Assembly: GCA_036490875.1 (NCBI GenBank)
Contig: DASXDA010000001.1
Span: 3,402-67,401 of the forward strand
Reading direction: 5' to 3'
From: Solirubrobacteraceae bacterium
GTDB lineage: Bacteria > Actinomycetota > Thermoleophilia > Solirubrobacterales > Solirubrobacteraceae
Length of the DNA: 64,000 nucleotides
Shown here: one piece after another, positions 41,032 to 50,646 of the stretch
How positions within the stretch are numbered: position 1 is the first letter of the stretch
Layout of the letters: every line of letters begins with the position of its first letter
The notes under the pieces: model-generated
The model's database searches: none
Seen by the model: the letters and a program-made list of their open reading frames with translations, nothing else
What the model was told of the DNA's origin: nothing
Position numbers and translations under genes: made by a program

Positions 41032-42594
41032 GTGTCTGAGAGCACGCTAGAAGCGCCCCCGCTCCGCCCGGAGCCCGCGGAGGCCCAGACCCGACAGCAA
41101 GCGCCAGAGCAGGAGCGGTGGACGCTGCGCCTGTTCGCGTCCCGTCACCCGTGGCTGACGGTCAGCGCGGTGATCGCGATCCTGTCGGTGGTGCTGGTCG
41201 TGTGGGCGAGGACCCGGCCCAGCTACGACGCGTACGGCTGGCTCGTGTGGGGCTACCAGACGATTCACGGCGGTCTCGACCTGGGCGGCGCGCCCTCGTG
41301 GAAGCCGCTGACATTCCTGTTCACGGTCCCGCTAGCGATCTTCGGCCACTACCAGCTCTGGCTGTGGATGTTCGCCTCGTGCGCCGTCGCGCTCGCGGGC
41401 GCGGTGTTCGGCGGCCGGATCGCCTTCAGGCTGAGTGGCGGTGGCACCACGAAGCCGGATGACTCCGCGATCGTGCGATACGCGCCGTGGGCGGCGGCGA
41501 TCTTCGCCGGCGCCGCCGTGCTGGGGCTCCAGCAGTACATGCACTACATCCTCAGCTCCCAGTCGGACCCCATGCTGGTCACCTTCACGCTCGCCGCAAT
41601 CGACATGCATCTGCTTCGCAAGTACCGATGGACGCTCGTGTTCGGTGTGCTCGCCACGCTCGGACGACCCGAGGCGGGGCCGTGGCTCGGGATCTGGGGG
41701 CTGTGGGCGTGGATCAAGCTGCCGTACATGCGGTGGTGGCTGGTCGGCGGTGCGCTGGTCGTCGCGTTCGGCTGGTTCGGGATCCCGACGATCACCAACC
41801 ACCGGCCGCTGCTCGCGGGCGACCTCGCGCAGAAGTCGCCGCGCGCGCTGCGCCACAACCAGTTCTTCGGAACGCTCGGCCGCTTCAGGGACCTCGAGTA
41901 CACCCCCGTCTGGCTGCTGGCGCTGCTGACCGTGATCGTGGGCGCGTTCAGGCGCGACCGCACGATCCTGACGATGGCCGGCCTCGCCGTCGGCTGGGTG
42001 ATCGTCGAGATCGCATTCGCCTACCACGGCTGGCCGGCGCTCGGGCGCTACATGTTCGAGCCGGCCGCGATCGGCGCGGTGCTCGCTGGCATCGGAGTCG
42101 CGCTGATCCTCACCGGGCTGCCGAAGCTCGCTCACGGGATCCCACGGTGGGCCGGGGTTCCGGTGGTGGCGGTGCTCGTCGGCGTGCTGGTGCCCGGCGC
42201 GGTCGCGCGGATCCGGGATGAGCACACGGACATCCGTCACGAGCGTGCCCGCACCCATCAGATCGCGTTGCTGCAGACGACGACGAGCGCCATCGGCGGC
42301 GCCCGCCACGTCAGCAACTGCGGCCAGCCGGTGACGGACGTCTCCTACGTGAGTGCGCTCGCCTGGCTCTACCACCGCAACGTCGGCTCCGTCGGCGGCT
42401 TCCAGCAGGGGGTCGAGAAGGCGGAGCTCCGTAACCCCAACCTTCCGAAGGTGCTGTTCAGGCCGGTGTCGCATGGCGGCTGGTCGGTGCTGCCACTGCA
42501 CACCCGCCCGTCCCAGGTCGCACGGTGCCACGGGCTCCACGCCGCGTACGTGACGACCGGCAGCCACCCGGGCGGCGTCCTGATCAGGCATTGA
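41032..42594 (+). CDS. Uncharacterised polytopic membrane protein, probable GT-C fold (paralog 1)
   Basis: TM1 then RPSYDAYGWLVWG...APSWKPL; about 11 TMs; GRPE, GRYMF; soluble C-terminal domain. Confidence 0.7.
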   Translation: MSESTLEAPPLRPEPAEAQTRQQAPEQERWTLRLFASRHPWLTVSAVIAILSVVLVVWARTRPSYDAYGWLVWGYQTIHGGLDLGGAPSWKPLTFLFTVPLAIFGHYQLWLWMFASCAVALAGAVFGGRIAFRLSGGGTTKPDDSAIVRYAPWAAAIFAGAAVLGLQQYMHYILSSQSDPMLVTFTLAAIDMHLLRKYRWTLVFGVLATLGRPEAGPWLGIWGLWAWIKLPYMRWWLVGGALVVAFGWFGIPTITNHRPLLAGDLAQKSPRALRHNQFFGTLGRFRDLEYTPVWLLALLTVIVGAFRRDRTILTMAGLAVGWVIVEIAFAYHGWPALGRYMFEPAAIGAVLAGIGVALILTGLPKLAHGIPRWAGVPVVAVLVGVLVPGAVARIRDEHTDIRHERARTHQIALLQTTTSAIGGARHVSNCGQPVTDVSYVSALAWLYHRNVGSVGGFQQGVEKAELRNPNLPKVLFRPVSHGGWSVLPLHTRPSQVARCHGLHAAYVTTGSHPGGVLIRH

Positions 42595-44069
42595 CGGTCA
42601 CCTCGTCACCGTCGCCGGCCGAGGCACGGGAGCAACCGGAGCGCCCGTCGTCGCGGCTTTCGCCGGCGGTCCGCTCGGTCGTGATCTGGGGCGTGGTCGC
42701 GCTCGCCATCTCGACCGGGATCGTGCTGTGGGCGCGCACGCGGCCCGGCTTTGACCCGTACGGATGGCTCGTTTGGGGCCACCAGGCGCTGCACGGAGCG
42801 CTCAACACCAACGCCGCGCCGTCGTGGAAGCCGCTGCCGTTCCTATTCACGCTCCCATACGCGATCTTCGGACGCTACGAGCTCTGGCTGTGGATGATCA
42901 CCTGCGTGGCGGTGTCGCTGGGCGGCTCGATTGCCGCCGGGCGAATCGCCTACCGGATCACGATCTGGCCGGTCACCGAGCCCGCCAAGGCCCGGCGCTA
43001 CGCGGCGATCGCGGCCGGCGTGTTCGCCGGGCTCGCGCTGCTCGGGATCCAGGACTGGTGGCACTACATGCTCAGCTCGCAGTCCGACACGATGATCGCG
43101 GCGCTGTGCCTGGGCGCGATCGAGTGCCACCTCTCGGGCCGGCCCCGGTGGGCGTTCGCGCTCGGCGCGCTGGCCGCGCTCGGCCGCCCCGAGGTGTGGC
43201 CGTTCCTCGCGATCTACTCGATCTGGGCCTGGCGTGCGATCCCGTCGATGCTGTGGGTGATCGGGGTCGGGATCGCCGCGATCCTGTTCATGTGGTTCGC
43301 GATCCCCGCGATCACCTCGCGCAGCCCGTTCGTCGCCGCGTCGAATGCATTCGGGTCCGGCCGTCGGCTGAAGTCCGACCGCGTGTTCGGGACGATCGAC
43401 CGGTTCCTCGACCTGTACTCGACGCCGCTCGAGATCGCGGCGCTGCTGTCGCTGGTGGTGGCAGCGCTGAAACGCGACCTGGTGACGCTCGTGCTGGGCG
43501 CGGGCGCCGCGGCCTGGCTCGTGATCGAGATCGCGTTCTCGCTCCACGGCTGGCCGGGCCTCGGGCGGTACATGTTCCCCGCGGCCGGCGTGATGGCCGT
43601 GACCGCGGCGGTGCTGGTGGGCCGGATCCTCGCGGACCTGCCGGCGTGGCTGGCGGCGCGGCTGCCGGCGCTACGGGCCTCGGGGGCCGGGCTCGCAGCG
43701 GCGATCGTGCTGGCGGCCGTGATCGTCGGAACGCTTGTCCCCTCGGCCGTCTCCAGCGCCCGCGCCGAGCACCGCGACCTCAAGGCTCAGCGGCTCCGAA
43801 CGAAGTCGATCAACCGCCTCTCGGCGACAATCGACCGGCTCGGAGGACCCGCCCGGTTGAACGCCTGCGGCGAGCCACTGACCCGGCTCGAGTACCAGAC
43901 GATCCTCGCCTGGACGCTCAAGATCAACGTCGTCAAGATCGGCTTCAAGTACTCCCAGGCGATCCATCACGGGAACCCGATCGTGCTGTTCACGCCGCTG
44001 TCGACCGGCGCGTGGAAGGTGCAAGCGCTCCATCAGGTGCGCCCGAGCTGCCGGTCGCTGCCGCGCTAG
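42591..44069 (+). CDS. Uncharacterised polytopic membrane protein, probable GT-C fold (paralog 2)
   Basis: RPGFDPYGWLVWG...APSWKPL, SSQSD, GRPE, GRYMF; TTG start overlaps previous TGA. Confidence 0.7.
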   Translation: MTVTSSPSPAEAREQPERPSSRLSPAVRSVVIWGVVALAISTGIVLWARTRPGFDPYGWLVWGHQALHGALNTNAAPSWKPLPFLFTLPYAIFGRYELWLWMITCVAVSLGGSIAAGRIAYRITIWPVTEPAKARRYAAIAAGVFAGLALLGIQDWWHYMLSSQSDTMIAALCLGAIECHLSGRPRWAFALGALAALGRPEVWPFLAIYSIWAWRAIPSMLWVIGVGIAAILFMWFAIPAITSRSPFVAASNAFGSGRRLKSDRVFGTIDRFLDLYSTPLEIAALLSLVVAALKRDLVTLVLGAGAAAWLVIEIAFSLHGWPGLGRYMFPAAGVMAVTAAVLVGRILADLPAWLAARLPALRASGAGLAAAIVLAAVIVGTLVPSAVSSARAEHRDLKAQRLRTKSINRLSATIDRLGGPARLNACGEPLTRLEYQTILAWTLKINVVKIGFKYSQAIHHGNPIVLFTPLSTGAWKVQALHQVRPSCRSLPR

Positions 44070-44090
44070 ACGCCAGCGCTTCTTGCGCGG

Positions 44091-44654
44091 CTAAGTCCGG
44101 TCCGGTCGCCCCGGGTAGACCTCGTCGATTGTCGTGAGCGCCACGTAGGGAGCGCCCGCCGCGCGCTCGATCGGCTCGGCCCCGCCCGCGAGCCGGTCGC
44201 AGATCGCGAGCACGCCGCAGATCTCGTGCCCCTCCTCGCGGACGGCCTCGATCGCGCGGATCGTCGAGCCGCCGGTCGTGACCACGTCCTCGACGATCAT
44301 GCATCGCTCGCCCGCGTCGAGCGATGGGCCCTCGATCCGGCGCGCGAGGCCGTGCTGCTTGACCTCCTTGCGGACGAAGAACGCCTTCACCCGCCCGCCT
44401 CCCGCGAGCGCGGCGCACGCGATCGGATCGGCGCCCATCGTCATCCCGCCGACGGCGGTCGCGTCCCACGCCGCCGCCTGCTCGGCGACGAGCTCGGCCA
44501 GCGCGAGGAACCCTTCGGGCCGCAGGATCGCGCGCTTGGCGTCGATCAGGTACTGCGAGGTCTTGCCGCTCGTCAGCACGACTTCGCCGATCACGAGCGC
44601 TTGCTCGCGGAGCTCGGCTAGCAGGCGGTCACGGGCGCTGGTTCGAGTGGCCAT
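44091..44654 (-). CDS. pyrE: Orotate phosphoribosyltransferase
   Basis: LTSGKTS, VRKEVKQHG, IVEDVVTTGGS PRPP motif. Confidence 0.9.
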   Translation of the reverse strand: MATRTSARDRLLAELREQALVIGEVVLTSGKTSQYLIDAKRAILRPEGFLALAELVAEQAAAWDATAVGGMTMGADPIACAALAGGGRVKAFFVRKEVKQHGLARRIEGPSLDAGERCMIVEDVVTTGGSTIRAIEAVREEGHEICGVLAICDRLAGGAEPIERAAGAPYVALTTIDEVYPGRPDRT

Positions 44655-44655
44655 C

Positions 44656-44773
44656 GAGCCATAACGCTACAAAGCCCCGCGGCCTGAGGGGAACGATGAG
44701 CGAAATGGTTCCTATAGAGCCGCTGGCGCTACACGTTCGCCGGCGGCCAGGTCGCTTTGTAGGGTTGTGGTTC
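44656..44773. repeat. About 118-bp imperfect palindrome upstream of pyrE
   Basis: CCATAACGCTACAAAGC (44659-44675) matches the reverse complement of GCTTTGTAGGGTTGTGG (44754-44770) at 15/17; inner arms GAACG..AGCG / CGCT..CGTTC. Confidence 0.6.
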
Positions 44774-44834
44774 CGGCGCTCTCGGCCGCGACGGCGCTCG
44801 GGCCGCTCCGGCGCTCCCGGCCCCGAGCGGACGC

Positions 44835-45905
44835 CTAGTAGTACGTGTCGACCCAGTCGCCGTAGCTCAGCCAGTTGTAGACCCAGATCGCGTCCTGGAT
44901 CGGCAGCCGCATGCAGCCGTGGCTGGCGGGATAGTCGGGCGCCGGGTCGTAGCCGTGGATCGCATACCCGCCGGTGAAGAAGTCGGAGTAGTACATGCCG
45001 TCGGGCAGGTAGCCCGGGACCCGCGAGTAGACCTGGAAGTCGCCGAGGATCGTCGGCGTCGAGGGCTTGCCGGAGGAGATCGGCAGGATCGCCTGCACGT
45101 GCGAGCCGTCGGCGAGTGCGAGCAGCTGCAGCCCGAGGTTGCCCTCGGCGTGGCGCCCGTGGCTGGGGAAGCGGAGCTTGAACTCGCCCCAACCGTTGAG
45201 CAGGTAGCTGACCGTCCTGCCGTCGACCGATTGGTAGGTGCCCCAATGCAGCAGGCGGTGGTAGGCGTCGAGCGCCCAGCCGGTGCCGCTGTCGTAGACG
45301 CCCGTCTGCGGGATGTAGATGTGGAGCGCCGCCAGCCGCTGCTGGATCAGCTGCACGAACCGGCCGGACGAGCCGAACGAGATGTTGGTGTCGAGCGCCG
45401 CGAGCGAACGCGAGAGCTTGAACTCGCGCACCGCGTGGTTGGTCTTGTGGGTGACCTCGACCGAGATGCCGCCGGCTCCCGGGCTCGAAAACGGCACCTT
45501 GAACCAGCCGAACCGCCGGTTCTTCGACGGCCGTATCCGCCAGTTGTCCGACCTGATCACGCGGCTGCCGAGCATGACCCGCACGTGCACCCACTGGCCG
45601 GGGACGTACGGGAACACGACGCCGTCAGCGTGGATCCGCCGCCCAGGCACCGTGACCGGGCTGCGGCTGACGAAGAACGAGTCGTACAGATAGATCTTCG
45701 CGTGCGCCGATACCGCCGGCTTCGCGGACGGCTTGCGCTTCGGCTTCGGCTTGGGCTTCGGCCCGGTCGGACCGCCGGGGCCGGTCGGCCCTGCGGGTGC
45801 CGCGGCCGTCGTCGTCATCGTTGTTCCGGCGAGCGCGGCCCCGGGCATCAGCAGCGCGAGCGCGAGCACAACGGTGGGAATGATCGAACGAGTCCCCCTG
45901 ATCAT
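44835..45905 (-). CDS. L,D-transpeptidase (YkuD) with peptidoglycan-binding domain
   Basis: Signal peptide, PG-binding-like VQLIQQRL..TGVYD, ISSGKPSTPT, AIHG...SHGCMR. Confidence 0.9.
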   Translation of the reverse strand: MIRGTRSIIPTVVLALALLMPGAALAGTTMTTTAAAPAGPTGPGGPTGPKPKPKPKRKPSAKPAVSAHAKIYLYDSFFVSRSPVTVPGRRIHADGVVFPYVPGQWVHVRVMLGSRVIRSDNWRIRPSKNRRFGWFKVPFSSPGAGGISVEVTHKTNHAVREFKLSRSLAALDTNISFGSSGRFVQLIQQRLAALHIYIPQTGVYDSGTGWALDAYHRLLHWGTYQSVDGRTVSYLLNGWGEFKLRFPSHGRHAEGNLGLQLLALADGSHVQAILPISSGKPSTPTILGDFQVYSRVPGYLPDGMYYSDFFTGGYAIHGYDPAPDYPASHGCMRLPIQDAIWVYNWLSYGDWVDTYY

Positions 45906-45919
45906 CAGCCGTGATTAAA

Positions 45920-46885
45920 TCAGGGAGCGGGCCTGAGCCCCGGTATCGCAACTCCACGCCCAGACAACGGCAGCGTCAGCGAGCCGATCACGAGCAGCGA
46001 AGCGACCGCCAGACCGATGATCTCGGCGGCGTTCCAGTGCAACTGGCCGATCCCCAGCGCGAGCGAGTTGTTGATCGAGTGGAGCGCCATGCAGGGGTAC
46101 AGAGAGCGGGTCCGCCAGCGCACGAGACAGAGGACGAAACCGAGGAATCCGAGCGGGACGAGGTACTGGGCGGAGGCCGAGCCCGTGTGCGCGAGGCCGA
46201 ACAGGATCCCGGTGATGATCGCCGCGACCCAGGTGCCGAGCTCGCGACCGGCGACCACGATCCGCATCTGGCGCAGCGCGCCGAAAATGAAGCCGCGGAA
46301 GAAGAACTCCTCGACGATCGGCGCGATCACGCACACGAACACGGCCGCGCCGACGAGCGCCGCCGTGCTCCCCGAGACCCCCAGCTCCTTCGGGAGCTTG
46401 TCATTTCCGTGCAGGTTGAGGAGCGACGCGTAGACGGCCGTGACGAGGTAGTAGGAGAGCCCGGCGACGACCACGGCGATCACCCCGGTCCGCCACCTGA
46501 TCCGGCGGAAGCCGAAATCGGCCGGGCTGGGCCGTCCGCGAACTCTGGAGAAGAAGAGCGCTGCAACGACGAACCCGAGATCGAACAGGACGTCGCTGAT
46601 CAGCGCGACCGCGGGCGTCGGATGGGCCAGGCTGCCGCCGTTCACCGACGCGATCGCGCCGACGATCAAGCTCGCGAACACGCCCACCCCGAAGCCGAGT
46701 GCGATCGCGGCCGGCGCGGTCCACACCGGCCACATGACCTTGGCGTCGACCGCGTCGTCGGGCACCAGCGGCTGCGCCGGCTCGGGCGGGAGGCCCTGCT
46801 CCGGAGGGCCGGACGGAGGCGGGGTCGAGATCATCTGAGCGGTTGAGATTAGGCGAGGCGCGCCACTCAGCTCGGCCGCCGCCAT
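45920..46885 (-). CDS. CPBP family (Abi/Rce1-like) intramembrane glutamic endopeptidase
   Basis: PIVEEFFFRG, FGLAH, HSINN. Confidence 0.9.
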   Translation of the reverse strand: MAAAELSGAPRLISTAQMISTPPPSGPPEQGLPPEPAQPLVPDDAVDAKVMWPVWTAPAAIALGFGVGVFASLIVGAIASVNGGSLAHPTPAVALISDVLFDLGFVVAALFFSRVRGRPSPADFGFRRIRWRTGVIAVVVAGLSYYLVTAVYASLLNLHGNDKLPKELGVSGSTAALVGAAVFVCVIAPIVEEFFFRGFIFGALRQMRIVVAGRELGTWVAAIITGILFGLAHTGSASAQYLVPLGFLGFVLCLVRWRTRSLYPCMALHSINNSLALGIGQLHWNAAEIIGLAVASLLVIGSLTLPLSGRGVAIPGLRPAP

Positions 46886-46896
46886 AGAATCGCGCG

Positions 46897-47952
46897 ATGG
46901 CGGCGACGCTGAGCGCGAGCGACCGGGCGCAGTACCTGCTCGTTCGCGGTCTGACCGGACTCCCGGATCGCGCGCTCCGGCTGCCCGCCGGCCGCCCGGT
47001 GATCGTCGACGGGCAGGAGCTCGACGTCGAGCTGCAGCTGATCCTGCGGCTGATGAAGCTCGCGGGGGACCCCGAGCTCGACGAGCTGACAGTGCAGGGC
47101 GCCCGGGAGCGGATCACGCAAAACGCGGCCGCCTTCGCCGGCCCGACGATCGAGGTGGCGCGCGCGACCGACGTGACGGTCGGCGGCGCCGACGGGCAGC
47201 TTCGAGCGAGGCTGTACGTCCCGTTCGGGGCGCCGGCCGCCGGGCCGCTGCTCGTCTACTTCCACGGCGGCGGGTTCGTGGTCGGCGATCTCGACACCCA
47301 CGACAATGTCTGCCGGTTCCTCACGCGGCAAGCGAGCGTCGGCGTGCTCAGCGTCGACTACCGGCTGGCGCCAGAGCACCAGTTCCCGGCGTCGTTCGAC
47401 GACGCCGTCGCGGCGTTTCGATTCGTGGTCGAGCACGCGGTCGATTTCGGCGCCGACCCGGCGCGGATCGCGGTCGCGGGCGACAGCGCCGGCGGGAACC
47501 TGGCCGCGGGAGTGGCCCGGAGCGCGGCCGCCGACGGCGGCCCGGCGCCGGCGTTCCAGCTGCTGTTCTACCCATGGGTCGATCTGGCGACGGAGCACCG
47601 GTCGATGGAGCTGTTCGCCGAGGGCTTCTACCTGACGCGCAGAGATCTCCACTGGTACCGCAACCACTACCTCGCCGACCCGGCGCAGGCGACGGATCCG
47701 CGGTGCTCGCCGCTCGTCGCCGCCGAGCCTGGATCGGTAGCGCCCGCGTACATCACCACCGCCGGCTTCGACCCGCTCCGCGACGAGGGCGAGGACTACG
47801 CGAGCCGGCTGCGCGAGGCCGGCGCGACCGTCGCGGTGCGACGGCACCCGGGCCTGATCCATGGATTCGCGAACCTCGGCGCGGTCAACCACCCGTCCCG
47901 GGACGCCCTGTTCGAGGCGACCGGCGCGCTGCGGATGGGACTAGCGGGGTAG
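46897..47952 (+). CDS. Hormone-sensitive-lipase family esterase
   Basis: HGGGF, DYRLAPEH, GDSAGGNL, DPLRDEG, HGF. Confidence 0.92.
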   Translation: MAATLSASDRAQYLLVRGLTGLPDRALRLPAGRPVIVDGQELDVELQLILRLMKLAGDPELDELTVQGARERITQNAAAFAGPTIEVARATDVTVGGADGQLRARLYVPFGAPAAGPLLVYFHGGGFVVGDLDTHDNVCRFLTRQASVGVLSVDYRLAPEHQFPASFDDAVAAFRFVVEHAVDFGADPARIAVAGDSAGGNLAAGVARSAAADGGPAPAFQLLFYPWVDLATEHRSMELFAEGFYLTRRDLHWYRNHYLADPAQATDPRCSPLVAAEPGSVAPAYITTAGFDPLRDEGEDYASRLREAGATVAVRRHPGLIHGFANLGAVNHPSRDALFEATGALRMGLAG

Positions 47953-47953
47953 C

Positions 47954-48067
47954 CGAAACGTCCCGTTAAAGTCCCCGGGAGGGCCCAGATCCTTCTAGGC
48001 CCTCCCGGAGGGGTCAAGGGAAGTGGGGGCGCAGTTCCCTGACCGTTTCGACGGAAGTGTTCCCGTC
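47954..48067 (-). ncRNA. Candidate structured small RNA (three hairpins, one C-rich loop)
   Basis: Minus-strand hairpins at 48050-48067, 48012-48044 (loop GCCCCC) and 47975-48008 followed by GGACTTT. Confidence 0.35.
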
Positions 48068-48082
48068 TACCCATAAACGTAA

Positions 48083-48105
48083 ACCGCGGCAAAAACTGCC
48101 GCGGT
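48083..48105 (-). terminator. Rho-independent terminator of 48112..48486
   Basis: Minus strand ACCGCGGCA-gtttt-TGCCGCGGT followed by TTACGTTT. Confidence 0.6.
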
Positions 48106-48111
48106 ATCCGA

Positions 48112-48486
48112 TTAATTCTCCTGATCCCAGTCGCGCCGGTGCGGGCGGGCGCCGGTCACCATGTCGACCAGGCTCTTCCAGTGGCTCGGCTTGACGCCCG
48201 GCTCGTGGACGCGATACGCGGGCGCCGCCTGGCCGTGCGCCTCCGGCAGCTGGGCGGCTGCCGCCGCGTCGATCGCGAGATCGACGCCGTGCTCGTGCAG
48301 CTCGGCCACCTCGTCGGCTGCGATGAACCGGCGTGCGTGCTCGGCACGGATCACGATCCCGTGGAAGATGTCCTCGGCCGGCGCGGCGACGACGTGGTCG
48401 ACCGAGCCGACCTGGACCCCGTCCGACGAGTACACGGGCACCCCGTTTTCAAGCACCTGGTAGGCAATCGGAAGCCCCTCGTCCAT
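48112..48486 (-). CDS. Hypothetical PRC-barrel/DUF2171-like protein
   Basis: GVPVYSSDGVQVGSVDHV pattern. Confidence 0.65.
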   Translation of the reverse strand: MDEGLPIAYQVLENGVPVYSSDGVQVGSVDHVVAAPAEDIFHGIVIRAEHARRFIAADEVAELHEHGVDLAIDAAAAAQLPEAHGQAAPAYRVHEPGVKPSHWKSLVDMVTGARPHRRDWDQEN

Positions 48487-48515
48487 CTCGAGGGAGAACG
48501 ATAGAGCCTCCGCGC

Positions 48516-49196
48516 TCAGACGAGCTCGGCCAGGCTCCGGATCGTCCGGACGCGATCGCTCGCGGCACCCCCGTCGCGGACGATCAGCACCGGCTCGATC
48601 CCAGCGTTCTGCGCCCCCGCCACGTCCTCCGCGAGCGTGTCGCCGACGTGGAGCGCGACGGACGCGGGGACGCCCGCAAGCCCCAGCGCGCGCTCGAAGA
48701 TCGCTGGATCGGGCTTGCGAGCGCCGACCTCCGCGGAGGTGACGACCCCGTCGAGGTACGGCGCCAGCCCGATCCGCTCGAGCACCTCGTGCAGGGAGAC
48801 ATCCCAGTTCGAGACGACAACCAGCAGCGCCCCGCGCTCACGCAGCCTCGGCAGCGCACCGAGCGCGTCGGCGAAGGGCCGGAAGCGAAGCGACGCGAGC
48901 AGCAGCTCGACGATCCCGTCGCCGGCGGGCACGAGCTCGCGGACGCCCCGCGGAAGCGCCTCGACGAGCACCTCCGCGCAGCGGCGCCGAAGCGAGACCA
49001 GCGCGGCCGGATCGCGGCCCTCGTCGAGATGCGCGCGGTAGTAGGCGATCTCGGCGCCGACCGCCGCCTGGGCCTGCGCGAGCGACACGTGGGCGTCCAG
49101 CCGCGAGGCGAGCTCGGCGCGCAGCCGCGCGGCCGGGGGCTCGAGCTCGAGCAGCGTCCCGAGCGCGTCGAGCAGCACGGCGCGCCGGTCGCTCAC
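48516..49196 (-). CDS. HAD-IA family hydrolase
   Basis: LLDALGTL, VVSNWD, KPDPAIF, HVGDTLAEDVAGA. Confidence 0.9.
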   Translation of the reverse strand: MSDRRAVLLDALGTLLELEPPAARLRAELASRLDAHVSLAQAQAAVGAEIAYYRAHLDEGRDPAALVSLRRRCAEVLVEALPRGVRELVPAGDGIVELLLASLRFRPFADALGALPRLRERGALLVVVSNWDVSLHEVLERIGLAPYLDGVVTSAEVGARKPDPAIFERALGLAGVPASVALHVGDTLAEDVAGAQNAGIEPVLIVRDGGAASDRVRTIRSLAELV

Positions 49197-50569
49197 GCGA
49201 CGAACCGCCAGGTGGCGAACTCAGCCGTGAACAGGCCGAGCAGCACCGCGCCAGAGGCGATCGCCGGCACCGTCCAGCGCCGGCGTGCGATCCACCACGC
49301 GCCCCACATGAACAGCGGGAACAGCACGACCTCGTAGCGAGGCACCGAGATCAGCGGCCGCGGCGTGACCGGGTAGGAGAGCGGCAGCGTGAGCGCCGCG
49401 ACGCAGTAAGCGCCGTATGCGAACGGCAGCCGGCGGAACGTCCCGACGATGGCGGCGATGCCGACACCGAGGAACGCGAACAGCATCAGGTTCTGTCCCG
49501 CGATCGCCATCGGGTCGCCCGCCGCCTTCGCGAAGTAGAGCGGCGGCGGCGGGCCGTGGAGCAGCTGGCGCAGGCCGTCCCAAGCGGCGACCGCTCCGTC
49601 CCAGATGCCGCCGAGCGGACCGGCGAAGTGCCGGAACCACACCTCCTGCGAGCGGAACGGGGCGAGCCCGTCGCCGGTCGTGAGCGCCAGCACGAGCACG
49701 TATGCGGCCAGTCCGGCCGGGACGAGTAGCGCCCAGCCGAGCTTCGGGGTCAGGCGGTATCTGGGCCGCAGCCGCGCCAGGCGCGACTCGGTGGCGGCCC
49801 GGATGCGAGCGACCGCGTCCTCGCGCGGTCCGTACAGGAACAGCAGCACGATCGGCACCAGCAGCATCACGCCGCTGTTGCGCTCGGCCGCCGCGAGTCC
49901 GCCCAGCACCCCGGCCCACATCCACCTTCCGATCCGCGCCTGCCAGATACAGCCGACCGACAGCGCCAGGAACAGCCCCTCGCTGTAGACCGCGGAGAAG
50001 AAGAACGCCATCGGGCTGAACGCGATCAGCATCACCGTTACCGGGGCCAGGTCCTCGCCGAGCTCGAGCCTCGTCAGCCGGTACAGCACGACCAAGGCCA
50101 CGAAGAACGACCCGAGCGAGACCAGAACCCCCGCGACGAGGTCCGAGCCGACGACGAATCCGAGCCAGTGGAACAGCACCGGATACAGCGGGAAGAACGC
50201 CGTCCGCGACGGGTCGTGGTCGTAGCCGATCTGCGCGATCGTCAGGTACCAGGCCGAGTCCCAGCGCGCGAACGGCGCGGCCAGCAGGTTGCCGAAGTAG
50301 CCGAACGGCGCCGTGACCCCCGAGGGATCGAAGCCCGCGGTTCCCGGCGCCCGATGGAACGCGAGCACGGCCAGCACTCCGGCGGCGAGCACGACCAGGC
50401 GCGAGCTCCACACCGCCGTCCACGAAACCCGCACGGCGGGCTCCGCGAGCAACCCGCGAAGCCGGCGGGCCCCCGGGATCCTCCTCGTCTCGACGATCAC
50501 CGACCGCGAGTCTGGCACCGAACCGCCCAACCGCCGGAAGGAGCTGGAATCGCCAGGCAGAAACACCAC
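49193..50569 (-). CDS. PIG-V/Mannosyl_trans2-like GT-C mannosyltransferase
   Basis: ARWDSAWYLTIAQIGY, AFFPLYP, FFSAVYSEGLF, RNSG, PRY. Confidence 0.85.
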   Translation of the reverse strand: MVFLPGDSSSFRRLGGSVPDSRSVIVETRRIPGARRLRGLLAEPAVRVSWTAVWSSRLVVLAAGVLAVLAFHRAPGTAGFDPSGVTAPFGYFGNLLAAPFARWDSAWYLTIAQIGYDHDPSRTAFFPLYPVLFHWLGFVVGSDLVAGVLVSLGSFFVALVVLYRLTRLELGEDLAPVTVMLIAFSPMAFFFSAVYSEGLFLALSVGCIWQARIGRWMWAGVLGGLAAAERNSGVMLLVPIVLLFLYGPREDAVARIRAATESRLARLRPRYRLTPKLGWALLVPAGLAAYVLVLALTTGDGLAPFRSQEVWFRHFAGPLGGIWDGAVAAWDGLRQLLHGPPPPLYFAKAAGDPMAIAGQNLMLFAFLGVGIAAIVGTFRRLPFAYGAYCVAALTLPLSYPVTPRPLISVPRYEVVLFPLFMWGAWWIARRRWTVPAIASGAVLLGLFTAEFATWRFVA

Positions 50570-50646
50570 GGGAGGTACACTCGATTGCCAGTCCGGCGCG
50601 GTCTTGGGCTGCTCAGTAGCGGCGCGCTGGAGCGGTAAATCTCTCG

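Noticed and set aside
40903-44069. tRNA-Arg as the attachment site of an integrated element
   Set aside because: No integrase and no duplicated tRNA 3' end seen
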